64,000 nucleotides of DNA. Origin: Treponemataceae bacterium (GTDB taxonomy: Bacteria > Spirochaetota > Spirochaetia > Treponematales > Rectinemataceae). Below, piece after piece: positions 35,891-45,117 of the stretch (positions are counted from its first letter, which is position 1; the number at the start of each line of letters is the position of its first letter). The notes under the pieces were generated by a model. That model ran no database searches. It was not told the origin of the DNA and saw only the letters and a program-made list of their open reading frames with translations. Both the position numbers and the translations under genes were made by a program. The stretch covers positions 1,312,001 through 1,376,000 of the forward strand of contig CAXXVZ010000003.1 of NCBI GenBank assembly GCA_963678065.2, given 5' to 3'.

Positions 35891-37459
35891 TCAGTTCCTC
35901 GCCGGGAGAATCACGGTCGCCCGCGCCGCCTGGCAGAGCGTCCCTTCGATGTCTTCCGTCCAGCACACGAGGTCGACCTTGTGTTGTCCCGCCTCGGTGT
36001 ACTTCTTTACGACCTCAGCCTTGGCGAACAGACAGTCACCCACCTTGCCGTGCCCCGTGACCTTTTTCCCCGATAGTGAGCGCACTTCGGAAATGATGGC
36101 GCCGGCCATGTCTTGGTTGCGCCAGCTGAACTTCGCGAGCCAGCCCCCGTCGCCGATATAGTTCGTGACGAGCCTCGCCATGAGGTTCCTTCCATAGGCC
36201 GTGTAGAAGATAGGAACTCCGCCCTCGCCCATGTCGCCGAAATGTGCCTCCTCCATGAGGTGCCGGACATTGTACCGGTCCGTGCGCATGCCTTGCAGGT
36301 TTTCGGGGTTCTTCAGCTGTTCGCGCGTCGGGGGACTCTGAATGATCTGGAGACCGAAGCAGCGGACCATGTCGAGCACCGTGGTCTGCCCCGTCGTGAC
36401 CCAGGTGGGTCTTTCGCCCACTTTCACATCCTCCCAGTATAGGGTCTCGTCTCCCCTTACCTTTTCGCCGGCGATGACCGAATCGATGAGCCTGAGTTCG
36501 GCCTCGGTGTAGACATGGCGCGCCGGCTGTTTGCCGGTCGCCTCGGATGCGCTCGTGGTCGGGATCTTGGTTCCCTGTGTCGTGGATGAAGCGCCCGCGC
36601 CTTTGGCTCCTTCCGATCCATCCGGAGACGGATTCCCTCCAGGCATTCCGGGACCGCCAGCCCCGCCTGGGCCGCCGCCCGGAGGGGGGTTCCTGGCCAT
36701 GTTCTGCCCCTGAGGCGGGTTGCCGGAAGGCGGCTGGCCCGTCGGCGGAGTTCCGGGGACAGCCGTCCCCGCCTGAGCGGAAGCCCGTTCGAAGAAATTC
36801 CTTCCGTACATCGTTCCCCGCATCACGAGTTCGCCTTTCTGGTTGTAGAGACTGCCCGAACCTGCGAGGTTGAACACCCGCGCCGTGCTGCCCGCGCTCG
36901 GCGTGATGTCCTTGAAGGTCTGGGATTCAGTTTTCGTCGTGAAGGTATCGCCTGCGCGGATCGGCACGAAGAATTCCACATCGCCTCCGTCATTGCTCCC
37001 GCGCCATGAACCCAGGGCTGGAATGTTCATGCTGGGGAACATGACTCCGGGCTCGCGGTAGAAGGGCAGAGCGATGATCGCGCCGTACTTTGTCCGGGCC
37101 GCGTAGGAGGAATCGTTGAACAGGGGATTCCAGTAATCGAAAGCGTTGGCGTAGAGCTTCATGGTGAACGCGTCCGCATCCAGGCTCATGACGCTGTCCG
37201 TCGAGGTCTGCGCCCCTCCGCCCGCGACGGTGCCCCCCGGGGAAAACGATCCTTGTCCGCCTGCCAGTCTCGCGGCGAACTCGTCCAGAGCCCTCTTTTC
37301 CTCGACAGTGTAGACATTCGGGTACACGAGCTTCGCGGCCAGAGCCGGATTTTTGCCCCGTGTCTGCGGAGTTGTCTGCGATCCTGCGGTCGCTGCGATC
37401 ACAGTCGCAAGGATTCCGTAGAGGGCAAGCCGCTTTAAAACACTATTGCTCAGTATCAT
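35891..37459 (-). CDS. Tandem hot-dog-fold (MaoC-like dehydratase) protein with signal-peptide-like N-terminus and Pro/Gly linker
   Basis: YANAFDYWNPLFND..YAARTKYGAIIALP, EFFVPIRAGD, LYWEDVKVGE, KVGDCL. GGAGG SD. Confidence 0.65.
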   Translation of the reverse strand: MILSNSVLKRLALYGILATVIAATAGSQTTPQTRGKNPALAAKLVYPNVYTVEEKRALDEFAARLAGGQGSFSPGGTVAGGGAQTSTDSVMSLDADAFTMKLYANAFDYWNPLFNDSSYAARTKYGAIIALPFYREPGVMFPSMNIPALGSWRGSNDGGDVEFFVPIRAGDTFTTKTESQTFKDITPSAGSTARVFNLAGSGSLYNQKGELVMRGTMYGRNFFERASAQAGTAVPGTPPTGQPPSGNPPQGQNMARNPPPGGGPGGAGGPGMPGGNPSPDGSEGAKGAGASSTTQGTKIPTTSASEATGKQPARHVYTEAELRLIDSVIAGEKVRGDETLYWEDVKVGERPTWVTTGQTTVLDMVRCFGLQIIQSPPTREQLKNPENLQGMRTDRYNVRHLMEEAHFGDMGEGGVPIFYTAYGRNLMARLVTNYIGDGGWLAKFSWRNQDMAGAIISEVRSLSGKKVTGHGKVGDCLFAKAEVVKKYTEAGQHKVDLVCWTEDIEGTLCQAARATVILPARN

Positions 37460-37642
37460 CCTGATACCTCCACCGAAGCAAATGCTCCGGAAAGCGCGCA
37501 GGATACGCCTTCCCGCGGCCGGCGCGGAATTATAACGGAACTGTCATCGAGCCTTAAGGAAGATTTCCGGAGCCCGGCCGTCCTGCGCTTCTTTCTGCCC
37601 TTCCCCTTTTCGGGCGCGGCATCATGCGCTATTGTCGGAGTT

Positions 37643-40600
37643 ATGAGCCGCCCCCTCTACCTCGTCGATTCCTACGCCTTCATCTACCGGTCCTACTTCG
37701 CTTTCGTGAACCGCCCCCTGAGGAACCCCTCGGGAGCGAATGTCTCGGCCGCCTTCGGCTACTTCCGCTTCCTCTTCGCCCTCTTTGACGAACGCAACCC
37801 CGGCGCGGTCGCCGCCGTCTTCGACTCGAAAGGCAAAACCTTCCGCCACGACATGTACTGCGAATACAAGGCGACCCGGCAGAAAACTCCGGAGGAGCTC
37901 ATAGCCCAGGTGCCTCTCGTCGAGGAAATACTCGGAGCCCTCGGCATGCCAGTCCTCAGGATGGAAGGCTACGAGGCGGACGACGTCATAGCCTCCCTCG
38001 CGCGCCGCTGCGCCCGCGAAGGCCGCGAATGCTGGATCGTCTCGGGCGACAAGGACCTCCTCCAGCTCGTCGGCGGCTCGGTGAAGGCCTTGAGGCCCGG
38101 AGAGGGCTTCGCCTACCGCTCCTTCGGGGTCGACGAGGTGAAGGCCGAGTGGGGCGTCGGCCCCGAGCGCATCCTGGACTACCTCTCGCTCACCGGCGAC
38201 GCATCGGACAACGTGCCCGGCGTACCCGGCATCGGCGACAAGACCGCGCTCAAACTCCTTCTCGAATACGAGGGGATCGACGACATCTACGCCCGGCTCG
38301 ACTCCGTGAAGCCGGATGGCGTCAAGCGCAAGCTCGAGGCCGGGCACGAGAGCGCCATGCTCTCCCGCAAGCTGATAACCCTCGCCGACGACCTCGACAC
38401 GGGGATAGCCGACCTCGACTCCCTCGCGGTGGACAAGCTCGATTTCACGGAAGCCAATGGACTTTTCCTGCGCGAGGGCATGAAGAGCCTCGTCCGGGGA
38501 TCCGGCTCGGGCGCGGTGGCGGGAAGCGCTGCGCCCTCCGGCCCGAGCCGCAGCGGGACTTCTACCGCTCCGATCTTTGCCGCGCGGATCAAGGCGAAGC
38601 GCGACGACGGTTCTCCTTCGCTTTTCGAGGCCCCCGGCATCGACGGCGAGACGATTCAGGAAGGGACGGGACTGCGCGGACAGTCCCTTCAGGGGCGCAA
38701 TGGGTCGTCCGGCGAGGCGGAGACTCCGGAATCCCCTGCCGGCGATGCACCCGGGGATACAGGAAGCGCGAGAGTTTCCGGCAGATCGCAGGAGGCCTCT
38801 CCCCGCGCGGGCCTCGACGCCGAACTCGCGGGAGCGGGCAGATACGAGGCGGTCACGGACCGGGCCCGGCTCGCGGCCTGGGTGGATTTCTGCATCGCGG
38901 CCGGCGCCTGCGCCTTCGACTGCGAGACGGACGCCCTCGACGAGCTCTCCGCGGAACTCGTCGGATTCTCCCTCTGCTATGTGCCGAAAGAAGCCTGCTA
39001 TGTTCCCGTCCGCTCGCCCGACACCCCCTGCATCCCTGTGGACGAGACCCTCGCAGAGCTCAGGCGACTCTTTGCCTCCCCGGCCTTGATCATCGGCCAC
39101 AATATCAAGTACGACCACCACATCATGCGACGCTCGGGCGCTCCCATAACGGGCAGGCTCTTCGACACCATGATCGCCGCCTGGGTCCTCGACGCGGAGT
39201 CAGGTGGCTTCGGCCTCGAAGCCCTCGCCGAAAACCGGCTCGGCTACACAGGCGTGAAATTTGCGGAAGTCGTCCCCAAGGGCTCCACCTTCGCCGCCGT
39301 TCCGATCGCCGACGCCACACGCTATGCGGCCGAGGACGCCGACCTCACCATGCGCCTCTACCGGCTCTTCTCCGCCGAACTCGAGGCCGCGGGACTCGAG
39401 CGCCTCTTCTCCACCCTGGAGATGCCCCTGGTTCCCATCCTGGCCGCCATGGAGGAGCGCGGCATCGCGGTGCGCCCCGACGAACTCAAGGCCTACGGGA
39501 TCGAACTCGAGACGGAGCTGGAGCGGATCCGCAGGGAGATCGTCGCCCTCGTCGGCCACGAATTCAACATCGCCTCCACGAAGCAGCTCCAGGATGTACT
39601 CTTCATCGAGCGCAAGTTGCCCGCCGGCAAAAAGACGAAGACCGGCTACTCCACCGACATCTCCGTCCTCGAGGAACTCGCCGCCCTCGACCCCGTACCC
39701 GCGAAGATCCTGCGCCACCGCATGCTCGCCAAGCTCAAGAGCACCTACGTGGACACCCTCGCGGAACTCGCGGAGAAGGAAGCGGCCGGCCCTGTGGGCG
39801 GGGAGGCAGAGCGCGCCGGCCTCCCCCACGGCGAAGAAGTCCGCTACGGGCGGGTCCACACCCACTACTTGCAGACGGGAGCCGCGACAGGGCGGCTCGC
39901 GAGCCGCGACCCCAACCTCCAGAACATACCCATCCGCGAAGAAGAGGGACGGCGCATCCGCGAGGCCTTCGTGGCCGCCCCCGGCAAGCTCCTCGTCTCC
40001 GCGGACTACTCCCAGATAGAACTCGTCGTCATGGCCCATCTTTCCGGGGATCCGGGCCTCCGCGCGGCCTTCCGCGAGGGGGTGGATGTCCACAGACGGA
40101 CGGCCAGCCTCCTCTTCAACATTCCGGAAGACCAGGTTCCGGCCGACAGGCGCCGTATCGCCAAGACCATAAACTTCGGCGTCATCTACGGCATGAGCGC
40201 CTTCCGCCTCGCGCGCGACCTCGGCGTCTCGCGCACGGAAGCCCAGTCCTTCATCGACGCCTATTTCAGGACCTATTCCGGCGTGCTCGACTTCATCCAG
40301 TCGACGATAGCGGAGACCGAGCGCTCCGGGTATGCGACCACCATCCTCGGCCGCAGAAGGCTCATAACCGCGATCAACTCCCGCAACAAGACCGAAAAAT
40401 CCGGGGCCGAGCGCATCGCGGTCAACACTCCGATCCAGGGATCGGCGGCGGACATCGTCAAGCTCGCCATGATCAGGGTGGACAGGGCCATCCGCGAGAG
40501 TCGGCCGGAGGCGAGCCTCCTCCTCCAGGTCCACGACGAACTCATCCTGGAAACTCCGGAAGGACTCGTGGAAGAGACTTCGGTCATTGTCCGCCGCGAG

Positions 40601-40678
40601 ATGGAAAACGCCATGAAACTCGACATCCCCCTGCGCGTCGGCATCGAGACCGCCCGCAGCTGGGGAGAGATGCACTAA
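37643..40678 (+). CDS. polA: DNA polymerase I
   Basis: 5'-nuclease (YEADD, SGDKD, GDASDNVPG), exonuclease FDCET, and PolA motifs TGRLASRDPNLQNIP, ADYSQIEL, AKTINFGVIYG, QVHDE. Confidence 0.98.
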   Translation: MSRPLYLVDSYAFIYRSYFAFVNRPLRNPSGANVSAAFGYFRFLFALFDERNPGAVAAVFDSKGKTFRHDMYCEYKATRQKTPEELIAQVPLVEEILGALGMPVLRMEGYEADDVIASLARRCAREGRECWIVSGDKDLLQLVGGSVKALRPGEGFAYRSFGVDEVKAEWGVGPERILDYLSLTGDASDNVPGVPGIGDKTALKLLLEYEGIDDIYARLDSVKPDGVKRKLEAGHESAMLSRKLITLADDLDTGIADLDSLAVDKLDFTEANGLFLREGMKSLVRGSGSGAVAGSAAPSGPSRSGTSTAPIFAARIKAKRDDGSPSLFEAPGIDGETIQEGTGLRGQSLQGRNGSSGEAETPESPAGDAPGDTGSARVSGRSQEASPRAGLDAELAGAGRYEAVTDRARLAAWVDFCIAAGACAFDCETDALDELSAELVGFSLCYVPKEACYVPVRSPDTPCIPVDETLAELRRLFASPALIIGHNIKYDHHIMRRSGAPITGRLFDTMIAAWVLDAESGGFGLEALAENRLGYTGVKFAEVVPKGSTFAAVPIADATRYAAEDADLTMRLYRLFSAELEAAGLERLFSTLEMPLVPILAAMEERGIAVRPDELKAYGIELETELERIRREIVALVGHEFNIASTKQLQDVLFIERKLPAGKKTKTGYSTDISVLEELAALDPVPAKILRHRMLAKLKSTYVDTLAELAEKEAAGPVGGEAERAGLPHGEEVRYGRVHTHYLQTGAATGRLASRDPNLQNIPIREEEGRRIREAFVAAPGKLLVSADYSQIELVVMAHLSGDPGLRAAFREGVDVHRRTASLLFNIPEDQVPADRRRIAKTINFGVIYGMSAFRLARDLGVSRTEAQSFIDAYFRTYSGVLDFIQSTIAETERSGYATTILGRRRLITAINSRNKTEKSGAERIAVNTPIQGSAADIVKLAMIRVDRAIRESRPEASLLLQVHDELILETPEGLVEETSVIVRREMENAMKLDIPLRVGIETARSWGEMH

Positions 40679-40696
40679 AAACGGAGAACAAAAACC

Positions 40697-42223
40697 ATGA
40701 TACTCGGACTGACCGGAGGGTACTGCGCCGGCAAGAACACTGTCGCCGCGCTCCTCGAGAGGCGGGGCTGGACCTGCATCGACGTCGACCTCCTCGGACA
40801 TGAGGCGCTTCGGTCCTGCAAGGACCAGATCGTCAAGCGCTTCGGCATCACCGTCCTCGGCCTCGACGGGCAGATCGACCGCAAGACCCTCGGCTCCATC
40901 GTCTTCTCTGACCCCGCGGCCCTCGCCGACCACGAGGCAATCGTGCATCCGAGAATGTCCGCCCTCCTCGACAACCGCATCGACGAGATATCGGCCGAAG
41001 CCTACCAGACCGGCATGGAACCCCTCATCTGCATCAACGCCGCCGTGCTGTACAAGCTGCCGGAGCTCGCGCGCTGCGCCGCCGTGATCGAGGTCAAGGC
41101 GAGCATGGCCGCGCGTATCAGACGCGGCGAAGGGCGGGACGGACTGTATGCCGTCGACGTGAGGAAACGGATCAAGGGCCAGGCTCCGCTCTGGAGACTC
41201 CGGTCGCGCGCGCGGGGCAAAGTCATCTTCCTCAACAATTCCAGCGACATAGCCGAGCTCCGGGACCAGCTCACCGTCTGCCTCGGCAAGGTCAGGAACA
41301 TCACCACCGAAAAATCTTCATTCCACGAGGAAGCTGCCGATAAGGAAATAAGGAATCCTGCGGGCGGTGCCGGAACTCGGACCAGGTATCCCGCTTCCTT
41401 GGAGAGCAACAGAATGGCCGGAGAAAACAGGAAATTTTTGTGGATCGCACTTTCGCTTTGTGTCTTCGTGCTCATCCTCGTGGCGGCCGGATTGCTGCTG
41501 TTCAATCCCCGCGGCAACACGGGGGATACGCCCGCCTCGGCGGCGAATACCGCGGCACCCAAAGCGACCGATCCCCAGGATTTCCTCGTTACCCCGCCGC
41601 CCGCGCCCACGGATTCCTCATCAGGCAACAAAGGTTCGGGCGACGTCATCGTGGTCTACGGCAATCAGATGGAACCCACCTCGACGACGGTCCAGAAATC
41701 CCCGGCGCTCCCCTCCACGGCCTCGCCGACGACTCTGCCAAGAACCGCGACGCCCGCCACCACGACGACGACTGCGGCCCCGGTCCAGTTCACGCCGGTA
41801 ATGCCCTCGCCTGATTCTCCCATCGTGGCGCCCGACGCGCGCGAAACCACGACGACGACAGTGCGGAAAGCTGCGCCAAAACCGGCCCCGAAGCCCGCCG
41901 CGAAACCTGCTGCCAAAGCCGTGGCTAAAACGAGCCCGAAACCGGTCGCGGCGCCCGTGGCTAAAACGACCGCGGCCGCAGAAGACAGCATAGCCTGGAT
42001 ACAGACCGGCAGCTTCGGCGCCAGGGCAGGGGCCGACTCCCTCCGCGACGCCTTCACGGCCGCGGGCATCAGCTCCGTCATCATGGTGAAGGACATCGAC
42101 GGCAAGAGCTGGTATCAGGTCCGCGTCGGCCCCTTCTCCGGCAAGCAGCAGGCCCGCGACTGGCTGACCCGGGTCAAGGCCGTCTCAGGCGCATCCAAGG
42201 CCTCCTACGTCACTTCGGACTGA
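40697..42223 (+). CDS. coaE: Dephospho-CoA kinase in frame with a TM-linker-SPOR cell-division protein
   Basis: GLTGGYCAGKNTV, IDVDLLGH, IDRKTLG and IVHP in the N-half. Then a TM helix, a T/P/A/K linker and a SPOR domain (WIQTGSF...WYQVRVGPF). Internal SD plus ATG at 41414. Confidence 0.85.
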   Translation: MILGLTGGYCAGKNTVAALLERRGWTCIDVDLLGHEALRSCKDQIVKRFGITVLGLDGQIDRKTLGSIVFSDPAALADHEAIVHPRMSALLDNRIDEISAEAYQTGMEPLICINAAVLYKLPELARCAAVIEVKASMAARIRRGEGRDGLYAVDVRKRIKGQAPLWRLRSRARGKVIFLNNSSDIAELRDQLTVCLGKVRNITTEKSSFHEEAADKEIRNPAGGAGTRTRYPASLESNRMAGENRKFLWIALSLCVFVLILVAAGLLLFNPRGNTGDTPASAANTAAPKATDPQDFLVTPPPAPTDSSSGNKGSGDVIVVYGNQMEPTSTTVQKSPALPSTASPTTLPRTATPATTTTTAAPVQFTPVMPSPDSPIVAPDARETTTTTVRKAAPKPAPKPAAKPAAKAVAKTSPKPVAAPVAKTTAAAEDSIAWIQTGSFGARAGADSLRDAFTAAGISSVIMVKDIDGKSWYQVRVGPFSGKQQARDWLTRVKAVSGASKASYVTSD

Positions 42224-42258
42224 GGAGATTCCAATCGGTACGCATTGTACGATTTGAT

Positions 42259-42287
42259 TTGACAGCCCCTTCCGGGCAGAATACTAT
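42259..42287 (+). promoter_or_regulatory. Near-consensus sigma70 promoter for the BMP/ABC operon
   Basis: TTGACA-17 bp-TACTAT. Confidence 0.75.
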
Positions 42288-42289
42288 CG

Positions 42290-42332
42290 AGCGGAGACGG
42301 TTCTTCAGGAACCGTTTCCGCTTTTATTTTTT
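42290..42332 (+). terminator. Intrinsic terminator-like hairpin overlapping the predicted TSS
   Basis: AGCGGAGACGGTTC-TTCAG-GAACCGTTTCCGCT followed by TTTATTTTTT. Confidence 0.7.
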
Positions 42333-42351
42333 CACCACCAAGGAGAGATCG

Positions 42352-43428
42352 ATGAAGAAGTTGGTACTCGCGCTTCTGGTCCTCGCCATGGCCCTCGGCA
42401 TGGTGGTTCCGGCCGTCGCCCAGCAGGCGAAGCAGTTCAAGGTAGCCTTCGTTTATATCGGCCCTCCCGGCGATCTCGGCTGGACCTACGAGCACGAGCG
42501 GGGCCGCCTCGCCGTCGACAAAGCCTTCGGCTCAAAGGTGAAGACCGACTACATCGAGAACGTTCCGGAAGGCCCCGACGCCGAACGCATCATCCGCCAG
42601 TACGCCCAGAACGGCTACGACATGATCATCACCACATCCTTCGGCTACATGGACCCCACCCTCGCGGTGGCCAAGGAATTCCCCAAAGTCATCTTCGAGC
42701 ACTGCTCCGGCTACAAGACCAACGCCAACATGGCGACCTACTTCGGCTGGATCGAGGAGCCCCGCTATCTCTCCGGAATCATCGCCGGAAAGATGACCAC
42801 GGCCAACAAGATCGGCTACGTCGCCGCATTCCCCATCCCCGAAGTCGTCCGCGGCATCAACTGGTTCACCCAGGGCGTCCGCTCCGTCAATCCCAAGGCC
42901 ACGGTTTCGGTCGTCTGGACCAACACCTGGTACGATCCCGTCAAGGAGCGTGAGGCGGCCGTCGCCCTCCTCGATTCCGGCGTGGACCTCATCGCCCAGC
43001 ACCAGGACACCGTCGAGCCCCAGAAGGCGGCCAAGGAGCGCGGCAAGTACTCCATCGGCTACGATTCCGACATGGGCAAATTCGTCGGCGACACCGTCCT
43101 CGCGAGCCCGATGTGGAACTGGGGCGTCTACTACGTCGAGACCATCGGCAACGCCATGGCCGGAAAGTGGAAGACCCACTCCTACTGGGAAGGCATGAAA
43201 GCCGGCGTCGTTCAGCTCTCCGCCCTCTCTCCCAAAGTTCCCAAGGATGTCGCGGCCCTCGTGGATCAGAAGGGCAAGGACATCGTCTCCGGCAAGCTCA
43301 ACATCTACGCCGGCCCCATCAAGGATCAGTCGGGCGCCGTCAAGATCGCGGCCGGAAAGACGATTTCCGTCGACGAGCGGGCCGGCATGGACTGGTTCGT
43401 CGAAGGCGTCATCGGAAAAGTCCAATAA
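42352..43428 (+). CDS. BMP-family (nucleoside/purine) ABC substrate-binding protein
   Basis: GPPGDLGWTYEH, ENVPEG, TSFGY, FPIPEV, WYDP. Sec signal ending AVA with no lipobox Cys. Confidence 0.93.
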   Translation: MKKLVLALLVLAMALGMVVPAVAQQAKQFKVAFVYIGPPGDLGWTYEHERGRLAVDKAFGSKVKTDYIENVPEGPDAERIIRQYAQNGYDMIITTSFGYMDPTLAVAKEFPKVIFEHCSGYKTNANMATYFGWIEEPRYLSGIIAGKMTTANKIGYVAAFPIPEVVRGINWFTQGVRSVNPKATVSVVWTNTWYDPVKEREAAVALLDSGVDLIAQHQDTVEPQKAAKERGKYSIGYDSDMGKFVGDTVLASPMWNWGVYYVETIGNAMAGKWKTHSYWEGMKAGVVQLSALSPKVPKDVAALVDQKGKDIVSGKLNIYAGPIKDQSGAVKIAAGKTISVDERAGMDWFVEGVIGKVQ

Positions 43429-43454
43429 GGCATTTTCTTTGAACTGAACAAGAT

Positions 43455-43487
43455 CCCTTCGGCCGGGTTCCGGCCGAAGGGTTTTTT
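43455..43487 (+). terminator. Intra-operon intrinsic terminator after the BMP gene
   Basis: CCCTTCGGCCGG-GTT-CCGGCCGAAGGG-TTTTTT. Confidence 0.85.
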
Positions 43488-43581
43488 ATGGAAGGACCGA
43501 AGGGATCGCCGCCCGCCCGAGGCTTTCCCGGGTCGTCGATCGCGCTCCAGACGGTTGCGCGCGCAAGGAGAATCACGGAGC

Positions 43582-45117
43582 ATGTCAGGACAAGCCGGCC
43601 TTCATCCTCTGGTGGAGATGCGGGGCATCTGCAAGAGTTTCCCCGGAGTAGTTGCCAACGATTGCGTCGACCTCGTGCTCGATCCGGGAGAAGTCCTCGC
43701 CCTTCTCGGCGAGAACGGCGCGGGCAAGAGCACCCTCATGAATGTCCTCTGCGGTCTTTACAGGCCGGACTCGGGCGAAATCCTCGTGCGGGGCAAGCCC
43801 GCCGCCATCAGCTCGCCTCGCCATGCGCGCGAATTCGGCATCGGCATGGTCCACCAGAACTTCAAGCTGGTCGACTCGATGACGGTCACCGAGAACGTCA
43901 TCCTCGGCCTCGCCGACCAGAACTTCGTCCTCGATCTCGCCGCCGCCAAAAAGGACATCAGAGAGCTCTCCGCCCGCTACAACCTCAGGGTTGACCCGGA
44001 TGCCTGTGTCTGGCAGCTCTCCGTGGGCGAGCAGCAGCGGGTCGAGATCCTCAAGCTCCTCTACCGCAAGGCCGAGATCCTCATCCTGGACGAACCGACG
44101 GCGGTCCTCACTCCCCAGGAGTCGCGCGAGCTGAACCATGTCGTCCACCTCATGCGGAGCGAAGGCAAGTCCGCGATCTTCATCACCCACAAGATGGACG
44201 AAGTCATGACCTTCTCGGACCGGGTCATGGTCCTGCGCAAAGGAAAGGTCGTCGCGGGCAAGGCGACGAAAGACACGAGCCCGAAGGACCTCGCCAACCT
44301 CATGGTCGGACGCGAGATTCTCTTCTCCATCGATAAAAAACCCTTCTCTCCGGGCGCGACGATCCTCGAGCTGGACTCGGTCTGCGCCGATGACGACCGC
44401 GGACTGCCCGCCCTCAAGTCGGTCAGCCTCAGACTGCGATCAGGCGAAATACTCGGCATCGCGGGTGTCGCGGGCAACGGCCAGCGCGAGCTCGCCGAAG
44501 TCATCACGGGGCTCAGGCCTGCCAGGTCCGGCACCGTGAAGGTCAAGGGCGTGGACGCGACCAACAAGTCCCCGCTCTCGTTCATCAAGGCAGGCGTCGG
44601 ACACATCCCCCAGGACCGCTCCTCGGTCGGCGCGGTCGGGGACATGAGCGTGGCGGACAACCTCGCCATGAAAGGTTACCGCGGCCGCCCCTTGAGCCTG
44701 GGCATCTTCCTTCTGCCGAAAAAATTCCTCGAGCTGGCTAAAAAGATGATCGCCTCCTTCAAGATCGCGACCCCCACGCCGGAAACCCAGGTCAAATTCC
44801 TCTCCGGCGGCAACATCCAGAAAACCATCCTCGCGCGGGAGATCGGCGCCTGCTCGAGCCTCCTCGTGGCCGTCTACCCTTCGCGCGGGCTCGATATAGG
44901 CGCCACGGAATCTGTCCGCCGCCAGCTCGTCGCACAGCGCGACTCGGGCCTCGGCGTCCTCTTCGTCTCGGAGGACATCGACGAGCTGGCCCAGGTCTGC
45001 GATACGATAGCCGTCCTCTCGGAGGGGAAGGTCATGGGCGTCATACCCGCTTCCGGGGCCGACCCAGAGCGCATGGGCCTCATGATGGCCGGCGTCTGTC
45101 AGGAGGAAACGGCATGA
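43582..45117 (+). CDS. Nucleoside (CUT2) ABC transporter ATP-binding protein
   Basis: GENGAGKS, LSVGEQQR, LDEPT, GVAGNGQ, LSGGNIQK. Confidence 0.93.
   Translation: MSGQAGLHPLVEMRGICKSFPGVVANDCVDLVLDPGEVLALLGENGAGKSTLMNVLCGLYRPDSGEILVRGKPAAISSPRHAREFGIGMVHQNFKLVDSMTVTENVILGLADQNFVLDLAAAKKDIRELSARYNLRVDPDACVWQLSVGEQQRVEILKLLYRKAEILILDEPTAVLTPQESRELNHVVHLMRSEGKSAIFITHKMDEVMTFSDRVMVLRKGKVVAGKATKDTSPKDLANLMVGREILFSIDKKPFSPGATILELDSVCADDDRGLPALKSVSLRLRSGEILGIAGVAGNGQRELAEVITGLRPARSGTVKVKGVDATNKSPLSFIKAGVGHIPQDRSSVGAVGDMSVADNLAMKGYRGRPLSLGIFLLPKKFLELAKKMIASFKIATPTPETQVKFLSGGNIQKTILAREIGACSSLLVAVYPSRGLDIGATESVRRQLVAQRDSGLGVLFVSEDIDELAQVCDTIAVLSEGKVMGVIPASGADPERMGLMMAGVCQEETA

Noticed and set aside
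38490..38820. Intein or mobile insertion in polA
   Set aside because: No C/S...HN splice motifs or homing endonuclease signature; it is a low-complexity interdomain linker.
38029..40948. 924-aa and 582-aa ORFs overlapping polA
   Set aside because: Off-frame Arg/Pro-rich and antisense shadows with no motifs.
41860..41980. Tandem DNA repeat or array
   Set aside because: Degenerate codon repeats encoding the PAAK/AKT linker of the SPOR protein.
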